A DNA stretch of 64,000 bases from Daphnia carinata (Eukaryota). The translations under genes and the position numbers were made by a program. Position 1 is the first letter of the stretch. Each line of letters starts with the position of its first letter. The stretch is from assembly GCF_022539665.2 (NCBI RefSeq), contig NC_081333.1, positions 8,060,001-8,124,000 of the forward strand, read 5' to 3'. Below are positions 1-8,900 of this stretch, piece after piece. The notes beneath the pieces are model-generated. The model had not been told where the DNA came from. It made no database searches and saw nothing but the letters and a program-made list of their open reading frames with translations.

Positions 1-705
1 GGCTTTGGTGGTCTGCTTGTTACGGTTGGCTCAGGAATTTCTGTTTTGACAGACTCTGTAAGTGAAGAGGTTGATGATACAGATGCTGCCTTGGTAGCTT
101 GTGCAAGTTTTGCAATTTTGGACCTCATCTTGTTATTTTTCCTTTTTAGTTTCTTCTTCTCCAATTTATCTAATTTCCGTTTAAGTTTCGTTTTCATTTT
201 CTTATCGGACAAATCCAGTTTTTTACCTGAAATTAGATGGCATAAGCTGGCTGGCCTTCCTTAAATATAAATGTTAACACATACCTGTGAACTGTGAGAG
301 CTTAGCTGCTAGACGTTCTTTCAGTTCTTCAGGATTGGAAGCACGGTTCCCGGTGTCAAATTTCTGGGTAGAACTGTTGTGGTCATCACCAGCCTTGTTA
401 CCATCGAGATCTTGTACTGTAGAAACACCCTGAGTTGGAATATTGGTCAGTAGGCTAGAAATGAAAAGGTCCTCAGAAGAGAGTTGCGTCTTTAAAGCGG
501 CGATGTCAATGGGCCCTCGCTTTTTATCAAGCTCTTGATCTTTTGGGTCCATTTTCTTTAAATTTTGTTTAGACGACACTTTCAAGTTCTTGTTTTCCGC
601 TTTACCATTTACCAAAACTGCCGGAGCCATCACTGGACCGGAAGAATCCTTTTTTGAAGAAGATTTCCTATTATCTATTCTTCCACTTGCGACAGATTTA
701 CTCAT
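1..705 (-). CDS. SURF6: Surfeit locus protein 6 (SURF6/Rrp14)-like nucleolar protein, 5' part; runs off the window start
   Basis: Exon 1 705-285 (MSKSVASG...DLFISSLLTNIP...RASNPEELKERLAAKLSQFT), 58-nt GT-AG intron 284-227, exon 2 226-1 in frame (GKKLDLSDKKMKTKLKRKLDKLEKKKLKRKNNK...TSRPPKP). The 'EELKERL..KL' motif followed by a Lys-rich basic tract resembles SURF6. The diagnostic C-terminal domain lies outside the window. Confidence 0.65.
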
Positions 706-783
706 TAAAAACTAGAGTTATTTGAAGTTAACCAAACGTTTCCTTCACAACTGCTAGAGTAGACACGTTTTTGTACTGGTAAT

Positions 784-793
784 CGCCATCTTG
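784..793 (-). promoter_or_regulatory. YY1/Pho-type motif CAAGATGGCG upstream of the SURF6-like gene
   Basis: Minus strand reads CAAGATGGCG about 80 nt before the ATG, a typical position near housekeeping-gene start sites. Confidence 0.4.
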
Positions 794-1186
794 CTTACAC
801 TTCAAACACAGCACCTAGTGAGTATATTGAAAACCAAAAGTAGGACGAGAAAATTGGATGAAATGGTTATCAGGAATTAGCATTTCCGTACAAATGAACA
901 ACTTGTTTAGGGGCTGTCGATGATTACAATTGTTGACGCGATTACCCAGATGCCAATTTGGTTTTTTACCTTTCTTCTAAAAAGGTAACGGCTATCCAAA
1001 ACGCGATGCGAATTATCGCCCTTTCCACACAACAATCATCTGCTTAAAATTGATCAGCGACATACTGAAGCGCATGCTATAGAACATTCAGTCGGTTACC
1101 TCGTAAGCAAAAATGGCCTTATAAACCTGACGATACTTCACTTAATAGGAGAAGCCTTCCGATACCCATCATTTATGTAGAATTTT

Positions 1187-1192
1187 TTTATT
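1187..1192 (-). terminator. Polyadenylation signal AATAAA downstream of Mpv17
   Basis: Plus-strand TTTATT about 130 nt past the Mpv17 stop codon. Confidence 0.5.
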
Positions 1193-1320
1193 TTTGAAAA
1201 ATACGCCAAATGAAAAAGGTTACCACGTTTTAGAGGTTGTTGTAAACAAGTCTTATGAAGACTAAAATACTAAATACTTTAATTTTGACGAAAATGAAAC
1301 CCTCGTCTTCAGATTGTCCT

Positions 1321-2101
1321 CTAATGACGATTGGTAACAAAAGCCTATAAAAAATAGTGACTTAAATTCTTTTATCATCATCATTCACCATAAAAACTTT
1401 ATGATTACCAAATATGTATTCCAAAAAACTGCCACAACTTGAGCAACAAGTACTCTGTGCTGTAGAGGTACAAAATAGAAATTAACCATCTGTACCATTG
1501 GCCAAACCTATGGAGAAATGTAGAAACTGTAATCCAGGCTTTAGGAACATATTTGATTATAGTTTGTAGTAAACCTTCCAATTGGTGAGCAAAATTTCTG
1601 GAAGATCTTGTTCCACTCGGGCAGCTATTTTTTGAGGGTTTTCCCCATTTAGGGTTCCCATTGTGCTCAAAAAAATTACAAGAAAAGTTGGAGCAAATAA
1701 CAATTGATCAGCTGCAACTTTGAGCAGGACACCCTTTGCACCCGTAGATCTGATGTAATGATCTAAGATATTGTACCATCCTCGAATAGCAGGTCCCTGA
1801 CAGATTGAGAACTTTGTTGCACAGTAATAAGAACTCTTAAATAGTAATACTAACAGCAACGAAGAAACCGAATCCCGCAAATTTCACCGTTCGCAAGAAA
1901 TTATATTCCTTAGCTCCTTTCTTTTCAACGAATACTTGAGACAAGAAGTCTCCCGTTCCCATGAGAATTGCTAGAAAAACACGTTAGTAGGCGAATGAAT
2001 TGTGAAAAATTCTAAATACTAAATATGCCTGTTTGAACAGCCTGAATCCCGTAAGGATATTTGTGAAGGATTTTGTTATATATTCTTGAAACAGTTGACA
2101 T
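1321..2101 (-). CDS. MPV17: Mpv17 mitochondrial inner membrane protein (Mpv17/PMP22 family), 177 aa
   Basis: Exons 2101-2029, 1970-1855, 1796-1575, 1507-1409, 1344-1321 join in frame: [40 protein letters not shown]...[12 protein letters not shown]...[13 protein letters not shown]...[44 protein letters not shown]. Hallmark motifs GD..SQ, DQ..FAP, WP.VQ..NFY.VPL and WN.YL are present. Confidence 0.95.
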
Positions 2102-2281
2102 GATTGATTCAGATAAGAACACTGGAAATAAAAATCACTGAAAATATTCGTGTGCTTAACACGATTGCCATATCGCAAGAAAAGCCAGAGAAATATTCGC
2201 AGAATTTTGAACAAGTTTTCGGAAGTGGCCGCGAGCCTCCAGCAAAATCATCTTTCGCAGCTCTTGTTCTTCAGCAACTTA

Positions 2282-3943
2282 TTATGATCCAGTGCCTTTT
2301 AAGCAATTGAAAATTCTGGTTCCTCTCAGCTGTTGGGTTATTTCATTCATAAAGCTTATGATGTAGCTCTCTTTCTCCATTCGTTTTGATTCAAATATCA
2401 GTACCAATGTTAGTCGCGGCTCCACACGTTGAAGAAAATAAGTCCGCTGCACCTAAAAGGACGTACACAATGGGTATTTGATATAGATTCATATCACGTA
2501 CTATTATAGATATGTGAAAGAGTTACCCTATGATCAAATACGTAAACTAACTTCTCGTAATTAGACAATTCCTGTATCCGATCCGCTAGAAGCATAATTA
2601 CGCTTGGCCAATAAGGAATTTCTCGAATAGATTTCTACAAAACCAATAATATGTCTAAGTTCATGAATGATAAATTGGCTGACCAGCGTCAAAACTAGCA
2701 GTACATCAGGAGAAGTGAAGATACAAGGGTATGAATCTAGTCCTTTAGGAGTGTCCACAGGTTTACTGGGATGAACATAACCCGGTCCTCGGAATGAATC
2801 AAGACCATTCACATCAAGTATTAAAGAAACTGCACGAGCATCAGCTTTTCTCTGAAAGGCTTGGATCCTAGAGCCCACAAGTAGGAAATAATTTGGCCTG
2901 ATAGTTATCTACAAAAGAATAAATGCATTACAGATTCACATAGTCTAAACTTTGCTTGGCACACAAGGCTTTTAAATCCTGAGGCGTGGAATATTTAGAA
3001 AGTACTTCATAAAAGTAGAGAGTGAATTTTGAAACACTCAAACACTTGAATTTCACCAGCCACTGATAAAGTTGAGGCGATGTAGGTGTTTTGAAAAGCC
3101 CTAATCTCCTGGTTTCTCTCAACTGAAAAATTTTTGCCCAAGTATCCAGTTTGGCCTGAGTTTCATTAATTTTCAAAAGAGCTGGGAGATAATTCCATGA
3201 AGCCATTTCTACATTTGCATCTAGCAAATGTTCAAGTATCTCACATTCATGAGAAAATGAAGATTTTAGTGGTGCCATTAATGGATGGTGAAATTTTGTA
3301 TCATTCGTTTGACTCAGTTTATGAATTTGAGGTAGAAGTTCTTCCAGATTGTTTTGTTTTAACGTACCAAAGGCGGACAGTTTTTCATAACTACAAAAGA
3401 AACAAACTGGTTATGACATTGTATCTTGTTATGTTAGAAAAAAAATTAATGTACAATTCCATTAGCTCAAGTCTGGCAGAAGCAAATTGAGCAAGTTGGC
3501 CAAGTAGATGAACAACAAGCAAATCTAGTTGTGTAACTTTTGAGAACTCTTCTGTCCGTCTACATTCCATTCTTAAAGTATCATAGGCAGATTTCAATGA
3601 GTTCTCTTTCCTTAGGAAAGATTTTGGCACAAGAAACAAGAGAGCCATGTATGATTTTTCAGTTGTAGCAAGTTGAGATAAGGTTCCCATGAGATAAGGC
3701 CAGATGCCATTTTGATTCTTATTTGTGTCACGTTCCCTATCCTGCATACATATTTCAATGTAGTGTGAATAGCATCTTTAACATTAGACATGTTAACAGA
3801 AATCTTCTAAGAAACGGAAATGTAAAATAAAAAAAAATACGTACTACAGCATCTTTGCATTTATCGAACGAAGACTGAGCTAAGCCATTGAAATAGGTCT
3901 GAAGGAAATTTTCTTCCCTGTTGGTTGTTGCAAGATCTGCCAT
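2282..3943 (-). CDS. KICS2: KICSTOR complex subunit 2 (C12orf66 homolog), 428 aa
   Basis: Exons 3943-3845, 3741-3455, 3390-2932, 2867-2705, 2634-2527, 2452-2282, all GT-AG and in frame. Motifs FDKCKD, FHHPLMAPLKSSF, LYQWLVKFK..VSKFTLYFYEVLS, GPGYVHP..PKGLDSYP, YWPSVIM and TYFLQRVEPRLTLVLIFESK match C12orf66 as I recall it. Confidence 0.93.
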
Positions 3944-4757
3944 TTTCTGGCCATTTCCTTGATGAGAGTTTTCACTGTTTGTAAATGTTCTTTATAGGTT
4001 GCAAGCTATAGGAGTGACTGAAAATATGAGATAATGGCCAAAGTATTAGGGAGTGCCTAAAACAGTAAAATAGGTTTTCGACTAAAACGTGAAACTCAAA
4101 GTGGAGTTCAAATTGTTGTTCTGCGATTTAGACGCTTTAGGCCTTTTTGGCAAAAAAATTAATAAATAGAAAAATATCGTTGCAAGAAAATTTTGGGAAA
4201 CAAGCGAAACGGTGACGGAAAGCCGCCCTCTTTTGTCAAATATTCAAAGGCACTATTAACATGCGACTATATATGCAAGACTCCTAAGCCTATACACTTC
4301 CATTTCAACTTCAACTGTTGAAAAGTATTCGTGGGGTTATGCAACATTTGCTAGATCATCGCCAACCCGCTCAAAAAAAAGTACGAGAGGTGGTAGAAAA
4401 TATAGCTTGTGCTAATGCCTCTTGGATAAGCCGAAATATTAGAATATTGTTGTAGTTCACGAACGCCTTCAATTTCGGTGAATGTATTGTATGTTCTAGT
4501 AATACCTGAGACTCTATGTAGCCTATTGCTGTTCTCAATACTCTTCTTCTTGAATCCAGCGCCTTACTATGCTTTCCGTGCAAATAACCTAAGTACGTAC
4601 ATACGTAAATTTTATGAAACACCATGCCATTGCTATTTTCTTAGTAGCAAAAGAACGACAAGCTTTTTCTGCATGCGGCTCTATGCAATACAATATACTA
4701 ATAGTTCATTGAGGCAACAGAAAACACGTTGATAAAGTGAAAGCCGTCAACCGTATA

Positions 4758-4763
4758 TTTATT
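4758..4763 (-). terminator. Likely distal polyadenylation signal of the expansion-like gene (3' UTR about 1 kb)
   Basis: Plus-strand TTTATT at the end of the U-rich 3' UTR-like stretch 4760-5800. A second AATAAA lies at 5264-5269. Confidence 0.45.
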
Positions 4764-5800
4764 AATTGCAAGAGGGCCGGAGCAGAGAGAAAAAAAATTC
4801 TTTCAGTATTTACAATACACAACAAGAGTGGAGACAATCGAACGTAAGAACCCGTCGATCATGTCATCCAAATCGAAAAACCCAGCCCCTATTTGAAAAA
4901 AATATTACAGAGTACAGAGACGGGTTGAATGATGAATGTTGTAACAGCCATCTAAAAAAGAAATTTGACAATAAAACAAAAGAAATCAAAGACAAAACCC
5001 TTCTCTATAACGTTATTCGACAAATAACGAGAATAAAAGAAAAGCCGTTTTCTACAGAGATATGAAAAAGGACGGTCTCCAGGAAATTTGCAATACACAC
5101 TTATGCACAATTTTTGTTTTGAGTGGAAAAAAGAAAAAGAAAAAGAAAAAAATTAAAAGAAAAAAAAAATGTTGATCTCTGTTTTACTGATTGAAAAATT
5201 AAATAAACTCTGTCATGGTTGGTTCGGCTACACAAGCTTTTTGACATGTTGTCCAATGGTCTCTTTATTATATAGGTCACCCAACGACCCGACGCCATTC
5301 GAATTCACACGCACACGTTCACGCACACAAATAATAATAATAAAAAAAAACACATACATACACAAACCTTCCCTAGCACACGCAGTTTGGTTTACATTCT
5401 TTCTACAAGGAAAAGCAAAACAGCGTAGAGACCCACCCCAACATGGTTGCTGTCCAACAATGCTTTTCTCTCTAATGTTTTGATAATTACAAAATAATCT
5501 AGACTGTGTGAAACTGGGAAGAGCCATTTTAAAGAAAGACACATTTGAAGAATGAAATGCAGAGAAAAAGAAAAAGAGACAGACCAGGGCCCACTTGCAA
5601 ATGAAAATAAAAACGAGCGGAAAACAAGGAAAAACAAACATAAACGAAAAGAATGTCCAAGTAATAGCCAAATTGACAGAAAAAGGAGCGGTCATATACA
5701 TTCACGGACAACATCCCAAACTGCGTTCAAACTATGTAAAAGACGGGTGAACGCAGTAGGGAGATGACGGCGCCATCACCGAAGATGCTCGAAAATGACG

Positions 5801-5916
5801 TCAATTCCACTCCCCGTAGTAAGACGCTCGCGACGGCGCTGCAATTGGGACATAACTGCGCGGTATCGGCAAGCGGCCGTAGATGCGGGAGTAAGCCGAG
5901 TCTGTGAGCTCTGTTT
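5801..5916 (-). CDS. exp: exp-like terminal coding exon (ETELTDSAYSRIYGRLPIPRSYVPIAAPSRASYYGEWN*)
   Basis: Acceptor ttttag, phase 1 matching the donor at 8038, ends TGA at 5803-5801. Confidence 0.82.
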
Positions 5917-8900
5917 CTAAAAGCGGCAATAAAAACAGTTTTAAAAAATTGATTGTGGATTTCAAAAAATTGAATTAATATCGTCGAGAAGTAAAGTTCA
6001 TTATGTTGTGTCTAGAGTTCATCGTTTCCTTGCACCCCGAGCCTGCTATATTTATGCTTTCAATCTGACAGCTTTTCTATAGTCAGACAAAACAAGGGCT
6101 GCCCATCGGATATTTACAAGATGTTATTCACTGTAGCCATAAACAAAATAGGTTGCTACTTTAGAAACGAGTAACATATCCATAAAAACAGCAACCGCCT
6201 GCTATTTTTTCCGTTTGACACGAAGACTATTCATATCACTGGTTGCAAGAATGTACGATCGAAGCGAGAGCAAAATACGTTGCAAATAAAAATGACAAAT
6301 AGAATGCTGCACAGTCTCAGATAACTAAAGAAAACAAGACAAAGACAGAAGGAAAGAGAGAGAAGCAACTTTGTCGCAATGCCTTACCAGCAATAACAAA
6401 AAAAATACAGCGGAGAGAAAGTAGCCCAACAACCTGGTCATGCATCCCAATAACACTCCCATTCTGCTGCGTCTGGTCGAGCAATAAACAAAAAAGAGAG
6501 AAAGAATTTGATCACCCATCGATTCACAAAATCGTGGTAACAGTTTTTGTTTTCATTTTGTAAGATGCCGTCATGAAGAACACAGCTGGAAGCTGAGCGG
6601 AAGAAAGTACAGATTTTTTTTTTCTTTACATTTTTTAGGAAAAATAAGTCTTCATGTCTAAACGGCAGTCAACGAGTAACGGAAAATAGCCATAATGGTC
6701 ACAACATAGCGGTTACTGATTTTCGTACGAGCGAAAAGCAACCGAATGTAGGATGACGTGAAGACATTATGTGGATGTACCGTTGGGAAATGTTGCCATC
6801 TCGGTTGCGGTCGTCGGTTGTCGTCTTTGTGGATATGTAGGTAGCGAACGTAAGGAAATATAAGGAACATATAGGAATGGAATGAAAAAAAATAAGGGGA
6901 AAAATAAGAGGGTAAAAAGAAGGAAAGGAGTAGGGTGGCGTCAGTGACTTCGATTTTTTAGCTGTACGGTGTGCTGAGGGTGCGGATGTTTGCCACAGCT
7001 TTCTTGTACGTCTTGATCGTCGTGGCCGTGTCTGTCAGCGTAATATAGAAGAAGTACATGTCAAAGCTGGCCGATTTTGCACTATTTTGTCAGGTTTCAT
7101 GAGCGCAAATCGACAAGGATGTAGTCAACACAATTTTCATTGCGATTAAAATAGAATACTGAAAAGTCATTGGTACAGGATCAAGTTAGACTAGAAACTA
7201 CATCTAAACTTCAGTTCGGAACCGGGTAGTATCAGCTTGTCATTCTGAGCGACCCTTTTATAGTTTTGTCCGAACCGAGAGTCCATAAAAAGAAGTTATA
7301 GGTCGATAGATGAATGCCAAATACAGAGTGAGAGAGAGAGAAAGAAACGAAGAAAGATGAATGGCTAGTCAAGAGCTGAAAGACTTTCTATTCGGGGTAG
7401 AATCCAAAGGTACGGTATGGGAATGGGAAAGGACTCACCTGGGCTGTATCCGTGTAATTGGGATGGATGGGAAGGTACCCACGACGTAGGATTGCGTTCG
7501 AAAGGATAAGCTTTCCATAACCGGTGGATATCGGGTGTGACGCTGCTCTGCAGCGAGGCTGTGCGTTTCGCGTACGAAAAATGGGAAAAAGCAAGGGAAA
7601 TGAGATCAATAAAAAAAAAAGGAAACCAAGTCTCGAGCTTTGACGATTTCCTTTCTCACGGTCGCCATTTTTCTTTAAGCATTCCAGCAGTCTTTGTTAT
7701 CCCACATGACTCCCTTTATTGAAAATTGGCAATTTTTTTGTTTGTATTCCTTCCCCCTTTTTTTCGTTTGTCTACTTTGATTTTAAAAACAGCGACCGTG
7801 CGGATGGAAACGACGAGGCTGTGTAGGTGGACGCCAACCATAGGAAAGGGAAAGTTCGTTTCACGTTAGGGAATATAATAATGAATGTAAAAAAAAAAAT
7901 ATCGTGATTCAGTGCGACACCATAAGACCATAAAACGTGTCACCCAGGTATAAAAAGATGCGTTGTGGACGTTCAGCTAGTTTTATAAACAGTTTTGTGC
8001 AATGGGAAAAAAAAAAATAGGCGTCAAAACCAATTACCCATTCCACTGTCGAAGCTTCGCGAATGCCACATTTGATGGGCCTGCATGGGATGTCCGTGGG
8101 ACAAGGCGGCCTGGTATGTGCCTACGTGAGGAGTCATCTTCATCTTGATTTCAGTTCCACTCTCTTTGACCGGCTCCTTCGTGTTCTTGTTCTTGACAAA
8201 GTTGGAGACGCGAGCACGTAGACCGCAGTAATAGGGATCGTCTGTTCAATCGGGATAAAAAAAAAAGAAAAAAAAAAGCACGAATAATGAAACCATGATT
8301 TCATGAACGGGGGAAAAAAGTAAACAAAAATAAATAAATGAAAAAGAAAAAGTGCAACGACCCATACACAATTGATTCACAAAGTACAAAAGATACGGTA
8401 AAAAGAGAGAGGTTCACTGTCCCGTCCTTGCCAAGTCATCATTAACGAGTGGAAAGCTGCCCTGCGTCATTATCGCGGTAGCTAGTACCTTTACGAAACC
8501 AATCCGTTCGTCACACACACACACACATGCATCAGTGAAAGTGCCTCTGTCCAGATTGGACATCGACACAACATGTTGCCACACGCGAAATTGCTACCGG
8601 CACTGAGTATCCAATCACGCCAATGTTGAGGGGAACAAAGCCGCAACACCTCGACACGGTTGTTGGATCGTTTGTTCATTAATACTAGGGTACGCACTTG
8701 CGGCGCTGATGATTCGTTGTACTTAATTGTAGAAACTCTCACCGTATTTTTTGTCGGTCGACAATAGCTTTTCCTTGCTGGGACGGGTTGTGGCAAAGGC
8801 TTTGTATCCGTTCTCGTCAATCTCGTCGTAATCCGGCTGCAAAAAAAAATCAAGGATTTTTTCGTTAAATACGCAATACAAAATCAAAATTTTTTTAATC

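Noticed and set aside
754..789. ATG within the YY1-like motif as an alternative SURF6 start
   Set aside because: It stops after 11 codons and I found no GT donor in the phase needed to join the main ORF.
5930..7996. AAAACAGTTTT near both ends of the last exp intron as a possible docking/selector pairing
   Set aside because: A short AT-rich near-palindrome, expected by chance in this composition.
8442..8488. Possible extra terminal exon GTSYRDNDAGQLSTR* after the donor at 8743
   Set aside because: The acceptor (TTTCGTAAAG) is weak and the ORF is short enough to be chance.
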